From contig NC_086097.1 of the NCBI RefSeq assembly GCF_963921235.1, positions 216,134,001 through 216,198,000 on the forward strand: a DNA stretch of 64,000 bases, in the 5' to 3' direction. Each line of letters starts with the position of its first letter. Position 1 is the stretch's first letter. The position numbers and the translations under genes are program-made. The DNA comes from Mobula hypostoma (lineage: Eukaryota). Below, one piece after another: positions 1 through 12,535 of the stretch. Below the pieces are notes generated by a model, which saw only the letters and a program-made list of their open reading frames with translations, ran no database searches and had not been told where the DNA came from.

Positions 1-59
1 TGGTGTACTTTTCTTTGACTCTAAAGATGATTTCATTCAATCTGCAACTAGTGTCTCAA

Positions 60-680
60 ATCTGAAGAAAGCAAACTATGAGCATTCAAGGCACAAGTTG
101 ACAATGGCAAAAAAGAACAAACTACATTAAAAGGTATGACAGTGAACAAGCAATAGCCAACATTTAAAGATTTAATAATTTGCAACTAATACACATCCCT
201 TTAAGAAAAAGCTCTTGGCTAAACATAGAAGTGAAAGATAGTAATAAATCAAATGTAAAGTTGTCAGAAGGTAATAAGCTCAAGGACTGCTGAGCATGAT
301 CTGCAAAACATTTCTCTGCAGCTATTGGATGTAATTAGAATAGCTAACAGACAGGTTTCATTTCTTGCAAGGGAAATGAAAATGCAAACCTCGTTGTGAA
401 AATTCAGTTACAGTATATTGTGCATTAGAGTCACCACATCTTAAGTATGGTGTAAAGTATTGGTTTCCTTTATTAAGTAAGAATGTAAAATGACAAAAAT
501 TCTGAGAGTTGGTGGGTGGGGTTGTCTGGTGAGAAATGTTGAATAGATTATGTTTGTATCCCCTGGAGTTTGGAAGGAGGACTTCACTGAAACAAGAAAA
601 GGGGCTGATGGAAAATACACTTCTTCATGTTCGATAATCTAGGACTAGGGCACTGTTCAAAAATAAATTGAAATCACTTG
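60..680 (+). mobile_element. Highly decayed CR1-like LINE fragment
   Basis: Residual similarity to CR1 ORF2 C-terminal DNA (ccacatcttaagtatggtgtaaagtattgg resembles PHLEYCVQFW; ccctggagtttggaagg). No open frame. Confidence 0.45.
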
Positions 681-1405
681 TCCTCTGCAATTTCCAAGAG
701 GTTTTATTTTTGTCTTCTTCCATGATGATACACATTTATTTATCAACTTCCATTCCTTTGGAACCAGTATAGTCTGATTAAATAATGAAGTTTAAGGACT
801 GAGAATGTAAAAGGAATATTGAGACAGTGGGAACAGCAGGAACAGATGAATTAGCCAAATGAAGTATAGAAAGAGAAAAAGGAAAAAACATTATTGCTTC
901 AAGAAATGAGACTTAAGATAAAACATACAGTTTCATGCCCAGAGTGATTAACAATCACAATGTTCATCAGATCCAATCTCAGTGAAGACTTGTTATGTGG
1001 GGGATTAGTTTACTTGTCAGTCAAAAGCCGCTTCTACTGTGCCGGTCAACAATTGATTGCCTGTGTGCCACGGCACCAGTGCCCAGTTTCAGATGCCTGA
1101 GCGCTATAAGAATAGCACGTGCTTGTAGTCAAAACTGTCCAACGTTTCACCGGCACCAGCCTACCACCCATCAAGGGCATATACACAGAAAGGTGTTGGA
1201 ATAAGGCCAGTAACATCATGAAATAACCCACCCACTCTACTCAAAAACTGTCTGTCCCACTCCCAAAAGGGAGGAGGCTACATTACACCCACACCTGGAC
1301 CACCAGACTCAAAAACAGTTGCTTTCCCGAAGTGGTCAGGCTGATCAACACCTCCCCACACTAACCCTTTAACATTTCCTGTCAAAGTCACCTTGTGTAC
1401 ATACA

Positions 1406-1592
1406 ACAGGAATTCTGCAGATGCTGGAAATTCAAGCAACATACATCAAAGTTGCTGGTGAACGCAGCAGGCCAAGCAGCATCTATAGGAAGAGGTGTAG
1501 TCGACGTTTCAGGCCGAGACCCTTCATCAGGACTAACTGAAGGAAGAGTGAGTAAGGGATTTGAAAGCTGGAGGGGGAGGGGGAGATGCAAA
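1406..1592 (-). mobile_element. Penelope-like element 3' terminal-repeat fragment
   Basis: Near-identical to 14075-14223 and 18062-18211, and to the reverse complement of the 3' end of the GIY-YIG element at 19040-19179. Possible short ataca duplication at the flanks. Confidence 0.8.
1499..1534 (-). ncRNA. Putative minimal hammerhead ribozyme (PLE-associated), intact core
   Basis: Minus strand reads agtc-CTGATGA-agg gtctcgg cct-GAAAC-GTC-gact. Confidence 0.65.
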
Positions 1593-1681
1593 ATACACTC
1601 CTGTGCCTAGTATCGCAATATATGTAGTCAAGCTATCTTAAGTATTTATATTTATTGTCGTTTTTTGTGGTTTTATCTTCT

Positions 1682-2051
1682 GCATAGTGAGGTGGAGATA
1701 CATCTCTACCACATAAGATGGAAGGTGCTCCTTCCCTCTGCTAGCCTTGGGAAAGGTATAACGCCTAGTTATGCGACCACTGCTGCCAGGCAGACAATCT
1801 CTGAAGGGTATTGATAATGACTCAGGTCACCTGTCCTGCAAATCCACTGCCCTGAAGAAGGCAATGGCAAGCCACTTTGGTAGAAAAATTTGCTAAGAAC
1901 AATCATGGTTATTTTAGATTTTAGATTTAGATTCAACTTTATTGTCGTTGTGCCGAGTACAGATACAAAGCCAATGAAATGCGTTTAGCATCTGATTATG
2001 GGACGCTGATTGCCTATGTCATATGACAGGGCACATAATAAAGAAGATGAT
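1682..2051 (+). mobile_element. SINE-like insertion containing a short nested LINE-tail fragment (~1912-1995, minus strand)
   Basis: Flanked by the duplication tttatcttct and ends in ataaagaagatgatg. An internal (ttaga)n tail lies in the opposite orientation. Confidence 0.5.
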
Positions 2052-2349
2052 GGTCTTTATCTTCTTGTTCTTTTTTTTGTGCTGCATTGAATCCAGAGTA
2101 ACAATGGTTTCATCCTTCTGTATACTCGTGTACTGGAAATGACATTGAACTATCTTGAATCTTTTCATATCCAGTTACAAAACATTGATATGAATTCAAA
2201 CGCATGTTCTTACAATTGCATATTCATCCTTCCATCACGCCATGGCACACACCTTTGAGATTACATGATCCCCTCCTTTGTTTACTTTTGCTTGCTTCTA
2301 ATCAAAGTACACCTTGACCTTTACATGAGTCAACATGACAGTGTTAATT

Positions 2350-2565
2350 CCTTCCTCTCCAGCCCTTTATCTTTCCCACCCACCTGGCTTCACCTATCAC
2401 CTTCCAGCTATCCTCCTTCTCTCTCCCCATTTTTATATTCTGGCATCTTCCACCTTCCTTTCCAGTCCTGAAGAAGGGTCTTTGCCTGAAATGTCGACTG
2501 TTTATTTATTCCCATGGATGATGCCTGACCTGCTGAGTTCCTCCAGTACTTTGTGTGTGTTACTA
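2350..2565 (+). mobile_element. Older PLE 3' terminal fragment with a hammerhead-like motif at 2463-2500
   Basis: Pyrimidine-rich tract, then cagtc-CTGAAGA-agggtctttgcct-GAAAT-GTC-gactg, then gatgcctgacctgctgagttcctccag...tgtgtgtgtt. Confidence 0.7.
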
Positions 2566-3912
2566 CAATATTAATGTTTGATTTGATACGTTATCCAGCA
2601 TGCCGTGAACAGGCAGGAACTACCATCAAGAGCTAGTTTGAGCATTATAGGAGGAATATTTTAAACAGATGAACAGACTCTAATATTCATTTTCAACATC
2701 TATTTTAATAAACTTGACAATAGCTATTCTTTTTCAGAAGGCTCACATAAAGCAGAGGTCAGCTTCACTTCAACTCATAATTTAGTCCAGAATTATGCAA
2801 TTTGATGCACTCATGGTGGCAGATTACAGTATGGAGAGGTTTCTATTTAAACATCCATAACCTACATGGCACTATTGTCTCCCTCTTTGGTGAGCAATCT
2901 CTCCATCTTGAATTAAAACTAATTTCACAAAGATTATCTGGTAATTCTAATAACCTGAAGTTGTTTTTATTTAACTAATTGTTTGGGAGCTTCAGATATA
3001 TTTGCTGCAGCAGCTTTTTTAACCATTTGGTATCTGATCAGGAAAGTGGCTGAAAATAATGTTGGGGGGGTCGCTGTCAATCATCAGGATTGGGTGTCAG
3101 ATTGGAGCTGGGAAGAGGTCTGTGCCTCTATTAGGACCCTAAGGGATCATCGGTTAGAGAGTATCAGATGGTGAAAGAGGAGGTTAGTGGGTTGAGGTCA
3201 GGGTCTTGAGGAAGATTAGAGAGTCGGGATTGTGGTCCTGCAGGGTTGTTCATTGGGTGTGTTTGTCAGAACCTCAGTGATTGAAAGGTTTGGAGGTGGT
3301 AGGTGGGGCTTTAAGAAAAGTGGGCCTTTTTATCAAGGGTCTTTTGACCTAGATCACATCAGGACAACTAATGTCCTCACAGGGAGGAATTTCTTAAGGG
3401 AGCATTGTTTGGGGTGTGGTATAATCAGAGGCACACCTCATGTGGAGTATCACCTTCGGTTTGAATTTCCAGAGTCACCTGAATTGACCTGAAAACAGTC
3501 TCCATCATATCAAATCACTTATGATACAAGCAGTGGATGTTCCTCCCATCAGATCTAAACTGGCAGAGGAATCTTATCAGTCACTCTCCCTATTTTCATT
3601 TTTCCTTTTCTCCCTGTAGCCATACAATGAATTATTTCTCATCGGCTCATCAACTCCCCTATAATTCTTCTACCACTATTCTATGTGTAGTTTACAGTAC
3701 CCAGTTAATGAAGCAGAATGTATTTGTACGCATTCTAATTTCCAGGCTGCTATATTTTTGCAGCTATTATTTATTTTTTTTTAACTCTCAGATGATTCCA
3801 TTTCTTACAATAGCTCTCCAATAGTCAAGATCTTAGAAATGACTCTACTCATCATGCATGTTCTGCTGTAAAAATCAAAGGTGAATATTGGCGTAGTGTC
3901 AAGAGAGAGATC

Positions 3913-4408
3913 CATAGAAACATAGAAAACCTTCAGCATAATACAGGCCCTTCAGCCCACAAAGCTGTGCCAAACATGTCCTTACCTTAGAAATTACCAA
4001 GGGTTACCCTTAGCCCTCTATTTTTCTAAGCTCCATGCACCTGTCCAGAAGTCTCTTCAAAGACCCTATCGTATCCACCTCCACCACCGTTGCTGACAGC
4101 CCATTCCACGCTCTCACCACTCTCTGTGTAAAAACCTTACCCTGACATCTCCTCTGTACCTACTTCCAAGCACCTTAAAACTGTGCCCTCTCGTGCTATC
4201 CATTTCAGCCCTGGGAAAATGCCTCTGAATATCCACACAATCAATGCCTGTCATCATCTTATACACCTCTATCAGGTCACCTTTCATCCTCCGTCGCTCC
4301 AAGGAAAAAAGGCTGAGTTCACTCAACCTATTCTCATAAGGCATGCTCCCCAATCCACGCAACATCCTTGTAAATCTCCTCTGCACCTTTTCAATGGTGT
4401 CCACATCC
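3913..4408 (-). mobile_element. CR1 LINE 3' fragment
   Basis: ORF 4114-4404 (VQRRFTRML...TRGHSFK) and a (catagaaa)n tail at 3913. Confidence 0.9.
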
Positions 4409-7400
4409 TTGCTTTTCCATCAATTAAAACCTTGGAATCTTTTTCTCTGAATTCGAGCAAGGCCTATTGTTAATGCCCATCTGATATTTGGACATAAAGG
4501 CTGGGTTAATCCTTGGTTTGTGCCATTTATCTAATCTAGTAGCTGAGTTTCTACAATTTAATTCAACACCATTCACACAGCATTTCTGCTCATTCACATC
4601 TGGCCATTGGTCAGTGAGTTTTTCTGCAAAACACTACAAAGCCTACAAACAGATTTATGCCAGCCTTCCAGTATCAATAGTGCATCAGGGGCTGGTCCTA
4701 CATTGGAAAGTATTGGCCCAAGACTGCTTCACTTGCAGGTCTCTCTCTGATCTCATTTACGTTTGGCCAACATGTAATGAACTCCTTTGTCCTGCCACCC
4801 ATGTTGAATATTTAGCACTTAGGCTCGAGAAATATATAGAGAGTTGGTCTTAAATATTTCCATACCCACACGTGCATGTTAAGTGAATTCTAGATCAAAT
4901 GCCTTCCTTGGGAAATATAACTAGTTGTTAGTCAAGAAGTAGACATGAAATTCCGTGGAATTCTTTCACTTTCCATTGGACTAGCCCTCACAAGGAAACA
5001 AAAAATATCCTTGATAATTCATCGAATTTGGAAAATTTTAATACAGTATAGAAAAGCAGGTGAACAATTTCTCATACACTCTCCAGATGAAAATGAACAA
5101 AATGGAGTCCAGTCAGAGAACTATTACCAGGTTAGCAGCTGGTTGAACCTAACATTTGGAGAAGAATAATGTCTTTGGTGGGTACTTAGTGGGTGAACTA
5201 AACAATGTATATCTTGTTTTTTTTTCCCAGTTTGAGTCAGAGTCTGGAAAAAAGGAGCTCCTGTTGCAAGGGCAGCACAGGAATTTTAAACAGAGGACAC
5301 CATACTGTCTTAGTTCCTTTGCTTTTGGCATTTTATAGATGGTGTTGAATATATTAAAGCACTGCAAATATTGTGCATTTCGTCAAAACCCTCTCACAAG
5401 CTTTCAATGATATACAAAATAATCTGCTCAATAATCCTTGAGAAATACTGAATGATATTTTAGTCCCATGCTAAAATACGACTACCATCATGCTGATGTC
5501 TGACTCATCACCTTCTCAATCCCTGACCAACAGTGTGAGGACTTCTTGCGAACAAGCCATCTATTCAAATGCCCTTTGTTTCTGCCACATGCTTGTGAAT
5601 CATTCTTCACCATATGCTTCTTGCTTACCTTCAAAAAACATTTGCTCTTGGAAACTGGTGACTGAAACAATGCTAGATACAGTCATTAGGGCTGATACAC
5701 TCAAAGAAGCATCATGAGAGATATTAAAGGGGTGATTAGTTTAATAACAACCATTTTACATTATCACTCATAATCTGAATTACCCCAAAGTTACCGAGTG
5801 ATGTGGTGGCAGATTTGGAAGACCCATCAACTTTGACAGAATATAGAGGAAGATTAAAAGACAGATCAAAATACAAAATCCAATAATATATAGGCAAGGA
5901 TAATAAGCGGGTGATTGTGAGTTGAACCTTTAAACCTTAATTTTTAGAAAATCAATAGAAATAGAAGCAAAAGTGCTTTTAATGTTGGCAGATCTACTGT
6001 GTATCAATTTCCCTTCTGGTAATGAAATTTAGAGGAATAAATCAAACTTGCCATTATCTGTATTGGCTCGCTCAGGCCCTCTACAAAGGCATAACCTGGG
6101 CCTTTTGATAACAATGAAGTACAGAAAAGCTCTTGAACGACTCTTTACTGATTTGAACTGAGCTATATTTTCCAAAACAAAAATGCTCTTGTATAGCTCT
6201 GGTCTGTTATTTTGATCAAATTTATCTAAAACAATTAACCTCCTCACTAATATGCCAGTATTATTAACAGCAGTTTCAAAACATGTTACCTTGAAACTAC
6301 ACAATAATCACAAATGTATGTATTAATAGACTTAGTACAGACTGTATCTTTGACCACTTCATGATTGATTACAATTGGGTTTGAAATTGGAGGTAATGAA
6401 ATGCTGTAATTTGCAAGTGGTCCATTAATTTCTGCACAGGGTTTAGAAAGAATATGTCAGCCATAACAGAGCCATACAGTTTATCTAACACATGGAAAAA
6501 TTACTGGCAACAGTTGGTGTTTCAGAGTAAACTTCTTCCTAATTTAGCTGTGCTTATTTTGAACTATACAGCCCCTCCTGCATACCATGCCCCATATCCT
6601 TCTTCACACTTAACAACCTGCCTCTCTCATCCCTCACCGACTCTTCACCTGTCCTTTCCTTTCCTCCTTTTCTCTCATCACCATCTCCACAGCATTTATA
6701 GGCTTGGCATTTATTTACTGTATACCCCCCCCCCCAGGTTCTGTGCAAATATCTGTTTCTATGCAAATGTGTCATATTTGCATAGTTTTATATTAATATT
6801 CTTCGCCTGTAAGAAATTTCATTTTCACACATGGATGCATTGGCCTCTTTGAACCTACTTTGAAATATCAAGATAATTTCATGTCGATCAAAACAAGGCC
6901 CTATATCTTCTTTTCAGCTTGTATGCATTTGGCATTGCAACAGTTTGTTTATTCATAAGGTTTTGACTTTGAGGCCATAATTCCATCAGGTAATTAATTG
7001 TGATAAATTCAATGAATATTAAGTGAAATAATCAGAAAGTATTATTAAAAATTCTACCAGAGAAGGATGTCAAAGTTTCCACCTTTAGACCCAGGCAAAA
7101 TCAGTTAGTTGTATAGTGATCAGGCTTTACTAGGTAAAACACTGAAATCATGGTAAATTTAAGCACATTTATAGTTGCAAGACTCAAGTCATACTGACCA
7201 AATTCTAGTCTCCAACTTGAGGAAGGATACATCTGTTCAGTAAAGACACACCAGATTGGTTCTAGGGTGAGGAGGAAAATCAGCAGACAGAATTAAGCAC
7301 AGAAGGAGTTCATTCAACCCATCATGATTCTACCAGCCCTCTGTATGACCAATCCATCAACTTCTCACTCTCCTATCTGCTCCCCATGGCCCTGCAAATC

Positions 7401-7529
7401 TTTTCCTTTCAGATACTGACACAGATCTTGCTGGGGCTACAACTAAATTTACTTCTATCACTACTCCAGATAGTCTAAAACATTATCCTCTAATACGCTA
7501 GGTAGCTCCCCTAACAATAAAAAGAGTGT

Positions 7530-8697
7530 GATTGGAAATCGGAAGTGCAAAGGGTCTTGGGGGTCCTCGTGCAGGATACCCTAAAGGTTAACCACCAGGT
7601 TGGATCTGCAGTAAGGAAAGTGAATGCTATGTTGGCATTCATTTCAAGAGGAATAATGTATAAGAGTAAGGAGGTGTTGACGAGGCTCTATGGGACACTG
7701 GTGAGACCTCATTTGGAATACTGTGTGCAGTTTTGGGACCCCTATCTTCGAAGGGATGTTCTGATGTTGGAGAGATTTCAGAGAAGATTTACAAGGATGA
7801 TTCCTGGAATGCAGGGGCTAACATATGAGGAACGTTTGTCGGCTCTTGGACTGTATTCATTAGAGTATAGAAGAATGAGAGGGGATCTCATAGAAACATT
7901 TCGAATGTTGAAAGGGTTGGACAGAGTAGATGTGGAAAGGCTGTTTCCCTTGGTGGGTGAGTCCAGGACAAGAGGCCACAGTCTTAGAATTAGAACATTT
8001 AAAACAGAGATGAGGAGAAATTTTTTTATCCAGAGAGTTGTGGATTTATGGAATTCATTGCCACATACAGCTGTGGAGGCCTGATCATTGAGGGTGTTTA
8101 AGGAGGAGATTGATAGTGTCACAAAAAACTGTGGGTCAGTTGTTTAAGAAAAATAACAAGATGGCTTGAGTTGCAGAAGTAGATTGAGATGCTTTTATTT
8201 ACCGCAAAACAAGAAAAAATCTGGAAAAAAAATACAATATATATATAGCCACCCTCAGCCTAAACACAAAAGAAAAAAAAACTCAAAGCCTTGGTAACTT
8301 GAGGCTTATAACTGCTAAGCCCCTCTCCACAGACCAACCAAAAGCTAACTAACTCAATTATCCAATTAAAGATGGTATCCTCCACCAACAGCACACCTGT
8401 GCAGGTTGCTGCTGCCTCTATATGAGACAGCTCTATGCAGCAGCTCTGTTTCAGACCCAGTCACTATTACTGCTGGGGATGAGTGTTTTACCAAGTGTGC
8501 CATGTGCCATCCATAATCAGTGATGGGCTTTCGTCATAGATAGGTATCTAATTGGTCAGGGTACCAAGGGATATGGGGAAAATGCCGGAAATTGGAACTA
8601 GATGGGAGAATAGTTTAGCTCATGGTGGAGTGGCAGAGCAGACTCCATGGGCTGAATGGCCTACTTCTGCTCCTTTGTTTTGTGATCTTGTGATCAA
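7530..8697 (+). mobile_element. CR1 LINE 3' fragment interrupted by a solo LTR
   Basis: ORF 7545-8084 (LVRPHLEYCVQFW, TRGHSL, QRVVDLWNSLP). The 3' UTR resumes at 8539 and ends in (ttgtgatc)2. Confidence 0.9.
8117..8538 (-). mobile_element. Probable solo LTR
   Basis: 422 bp insert with a 5-bp TSD gatag (8112-8116 / 8539-8543). Minus-strand termini are tatgacg...tgtgaca (TG..CA with one change), with an AATAAA on the minus strand near 8195. Confidence 0.65.
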
Positions 8698-9989
8698 TTT
8701 TGGTTAAATAATTTTAATGGTGTGCAAGGTGAAGAAAGGGCATTGACTGGAGCTCTGAGTCAAAGCCGGCGTTGGTGTCAATTCAGCATAGCATGTAAAT
8801 TGAAATCTGTCAACCCCAAATATTACTAATGCACCAATATGCTGCTATATTAAATATTTTTGTATCAGCCATCATATTGGAACCAAATCAACATCCACTG
8901 CACCAAAATCAAATGCACAACCGGCCTGCACTCCGATTGAAAGGATTTACTTTTACTTATTTTTTGCTGTTAAAAAGTAATTGTCAATATTCTGCATAGA
9001 AAAATGTTTCTGCACCTGTCTGTCTATTTCACCAACCTACCAATATCATCAGTGCACTTTGCTATTAAGGCACAATATCATTTAAACTTTACCACTTCCT
9101 GCTGAAATTTCAGTTCCTTCAGAAGTGTCAAATTACTGTTCCTTAATGATGTATCAAAAGAATTCAGTCACCTAATCCACAATCTTCTGTGCCTTAGGAT
9201 ACCTAATTTATCGGTATTCTACTCTGATTCACTTCTAGCAATTCTACTAATACCCAGTTGCCCTAATCATTTGTTTCTTCTGTATCAGTCACTTTTCAAA
9301 CCCTGCTGGTACATTTCCTTCTATCTCACATACCTTCCTATGTTTTCAGTTGAAATGCTTCAAGAGACTTAAGACAGGCAGCAGTGCTTATCTTTATATA
9401 TAATCTCCATATATAACACATTTTTGGGAAGGTGCATATTGACAAATGACTGAAGGAGCAAATTCAGGGAAATGTAAACTCATTAATTTAAAATTAGTGG
9501 AAGGACTATTGTGGAACCCTTAATCAGAGATCTAACAAAAAACATTGAAAAATTGGAAATAACACAAATAGCACATGTTTAAAAAAGGGTAATCATATTG
9601 AACTAAACTCCCTGCATTTGTTGGAAAACTAACAGAAAGAATAGGTATTATATACAGTATGCCTAAGTGTCCAGGGCCCTGGCTTGGTATATCATGTAGC
9701 AAGCGATATCTTGCAACATTTAGACAGCATGGCTGTCCACAACCAGTGAAGGGCAGGAAATAGTCTCGAATACACAGCTTATTGACAATAGTTCCAAAGA
9801 GAATGACCACTACTTGACTGCTTCAACAGTAAATCCTGGCCTTTCATGAGAAAAATCTCCAAACATTGTTCTGGGATGTTGCAGAAACAGATGAGAGCAA
9901 CAACAAATGCAGTCTGGCAATTAAAAAGAAGTGTGTAGAGCGGGCCTGCAATCTGCAAGTGAATTTTCGTATGAGTAAATGTATATTTA

Positions 9990-10318
9990 GAGTAACATGG
10001 TAGTGTGGCAGTTAGCACGACATTATTACAGCAGCAGCGACTCAGGTTCATCTCCACCTTTAGATCCTTCAAAAATCACTAGATTCTGGAATGGCTCCGG
10101 AGGCCTGGAAACTGCGAATGTCACTCCACTTTTGAAGGAGTTGTATATTCTCCCCATTACTGCATGGGTTTCCTCTGAGTGCCCCAGTTTTTTCACCACA
10201 TTCCAAACATAATGCACGTTAGTAGGTTAATTAATCAAATGGGTATAACTGGACCGTGTGGACTCAGTGGGCCAAGGAAGCCTGTTGCAATGCTGTATAG
10301 CTAAATAAATAAATAATA
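9990..10318 (+). mobile_element. tRNA-derived V-SINE/HE1-like SINE carrying an internal CR1 fragment
   Basis: Head tggtagtgtggcagttagc...caggttca, central gcatgggtttcctctgagtgccccagttt..cac, (taaa)n tail. CR1 RT DNA at ~10063-10140. Confidence 0.6.
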
Positions 10319-10409
10319 TTTTCTCAGAAAACATGCGTTCAAGTATTATGGAAGAGCAAAGGGATTCACGAGATGCACAAATTGATTTGGGTTCCTTCAG
10401 AAGAGTAGT

Positions 10410-11150
10410 TGAAATATAATATAGTTGTTATTACAAAGGAGAAGGTGCTGGAGAGCTGAAAGACCTGAAGGTTCATAAGTTACCTGGACCAGATGGACTA
10501 CGCCCCAGGGTTCTGAAAAGGGTAGAAGAAGAGATTGTGAAGGCATTCGTAATGATCTTCCAAAAATCACTAGATTCTGGAATCGTTCCGGAGGACTGGA
10601 AATTTGCAAATGTCATTCCACTCTTTAAGAAGGGAGGGAGGCAGAAGAAAGGAAATTATGGACCTGCTAGCCTGACTTCAGTGGTTGAGAAGAGGTTGGA
10701 GTCCACTATTAAGGATGAGGTTTCTGGGTGCATAGAGGCACGTGTTAAAATAGGTCAAAGTCAACATGGTTTCCTTAAGGGGACGTCTTACCTGACAAAT
10801 CTGTTGGAATTCTTTGAGGAAATAACTGGCAGGCTAGACAAAGGAGAATCAGTAGATGTTGTTTACATGGATTTTCAGAAGGCCTTTGACAAGGTGCCAC
10901 ACATGCGGCTGCTGAACAAGGTAAGAGCCCATGGTATTACAGAAAATCTACTAGCATGGGTAGAACACGAGGAATTCTGCAGATGCTACAAATTCAAGCA
11001 ACACACATCAAAGTTGCTGGTGAACGCAGCAGGCCAGGCAGCAGCTCTAGGAAGAGGTACAGTCGACCTTTCGGGCTGAGACCCTTCATCAGGATGGGTA
11101 GAAATTGGCTGACTGGCAGGAGGCAAAGAGTTAGAAAAAGGGGGCCATTG
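10410..11150 (+). mobile_element. CR1 RT-region fragment
   Basis: ORF 10537-11079 (VPEDWKFANVIPLFKKG, VDVVYMDFQKAFDKVPH), interrupted by a PLE piece. Confidence 0.9.
10966..11093 (-). mobile_element. PLE terminal mini-insertion with 10-bp TSD
   Basis: TSD atgggtagaa at 10956-10965 and 11094-11103. The minus strand begins at cCTGATGA of the hammerhead-like core (GAAAC mutated to GAAAG). Confidence 0.85.
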
Positions 11151-11699
11151 TTGATTCCTGGGTATATTATGTATAACCCTTCTCTAATCTAAATAACAGA
11201 CATTTAACCTCATTTATTATCTGTTAGCTAACTATTTTTCATTAATCTGCTTTGGACTTCCAACACTAAATCCTGAAATGTTATAACTGCTGCACAGAAT
11301 CCCCTTACTGAACACCTTACAAAAATTCAAATATATAGCTTTTGCTGAATTCTGTTCTGCCTATAATTAACCATCTTTTCAATAATTCAACGAAATTTTC
11401 CAAAGGTGATTTGCCTTTAACAAAACTCTTCCAGTGATATATAATTGCCCCATGAATCTTTTTGAAAATTTAATTGAAATATTGAAGAAGTAACTAATTA
11501 TAAAGATAAAGGTAAATCAGCAGACGTTATATGTATAAATTTGTCATGTTGTGCTTGAAAATTTTTAACTATGAGATACCTTTTAGCTACTTTCAAAAAT
11601 GGAGACCATGAAATCTTGTATTGGTAGATAGCAAATTGTGCTTGGGTGATTGCAGGAATGGTTAAAAATGCTCTTCATATTAGGAAATAATAATATATT

Positions 11700-12535
11700 A
11701 GGTGACTGAATCGAATTGACCTTAGTAGTTACATCTTTCACATACATGAGGAGTAAAAATCTTTATGTTGAGTCTCCGTCTAAATATGCAATGTGCAATT
11801 TATGGTAATTAATAATAAATAGTGTGTACAGCCGGACAGTCAATATGGCATCAAAATGGAATTGTATCAGCATGAATTAATCAGTCTGAGGGTCTGGTGG
11901 AAGAAGCTGTCTCGGAGCCTGGTGGTCCTGGCCTTTATGCTGCGGTACTGTTTCCCAGATGGTAGAAGCTGGAACAGTTCATGATTGGGGTGACTCAGGT
12001 CCACAATGATCCTTCAGGCCCCCTTTCTACACACCTGTCTCTGTAAATGCCCTGAATAGTGGGAGGTTCACATCTACACATGCACTGGACTGTCTGCACC
12101 ACTCTCTGCAGAGGCCTGCAATTGAGGGAAGTACAGTTCCCATACCAGGCAGTGATGCAGCCAGTCAGGATGCTCTCAATTGTGCCCCTTAGAAAGTCCT
12201 TAGGATTTGGGGACCCATACCAAACTTCTTCAACTGTCTGAGGTGAAAGAGGCGCTGTTGTGCTTTTTTCACCACCCAGCTGATATGTACAGACTATGTG
12301 AGATCCTCGGTGATGTGTATGTTGAGGAGCTTGAAGCTGTTCACCCTCTCAAACCCAGATCCATTGATGTCAATAGGAGTCAGCCTGTTTCCATTCTTCC
12401 CGTAATCCACAACCAGCTCCTTTGTTTTTGCGACATCGAGGGAGAGGTTGTATTCTTGACACCACTATGTCAGGGTGATGACCTTCTCTGTAGGCTGCCT
12501 CATTATTATTTGAGATTAGGCCATTCAGTGTAGTG
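11700..12535 (-). mobile_element. Rex1/Babar-like LINE 3' fragment
   Basis: The minus strand shows Rex1-type RT C-terminal DNA (e.g. reverse complement of ccagtcaggatgctctcaat, ggtagaagctggaacag) and a tail near 11705. Confidence 0.7.

Larger units (their letters stand above)
1030..2162 (+). mobile_element. Rex1/Babar-like LINE 3' fragment, interrupted by a PLE terminal piece and a SINE-like insert
   Basis: Translates as TERCWNKASNIMK*PTH...GRRL...TRLKNSCFPEVVRLIN, typical of the Rex1/Babar C-terminus. The 3' UTR resumes at ~2052 and ends in cttgaatctt. Confidence 0.65.

Noticed and set aside
1395..1610. Recurrent peptide QHTSKLLVNAAGQAAS.GRG.VDVSGRDPSSG in several ORFs, suggesting a gene family
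   Set aside because: It is the antisense translation of the non-coding PLE terminal repeat.
3020..5720. Very old LINE/PLE-like relics at ~3020-3530, 4410-4830 and 5140-5700 (also ~32530-32900)
   Set aside because: They look repeat-derived but are too decayed to assign a family or boundaries by eye.
9640..9960. Possible host exon on the minus strand after cacttgcag
   Set aside because: No recognisable protein similarity or convincing donor site, so it cannot be supported without transcript data.
9990..10055. tRNA gene
   Set aside because: Only a degenerate tRNA-like SINE head, with no cloverleaf.
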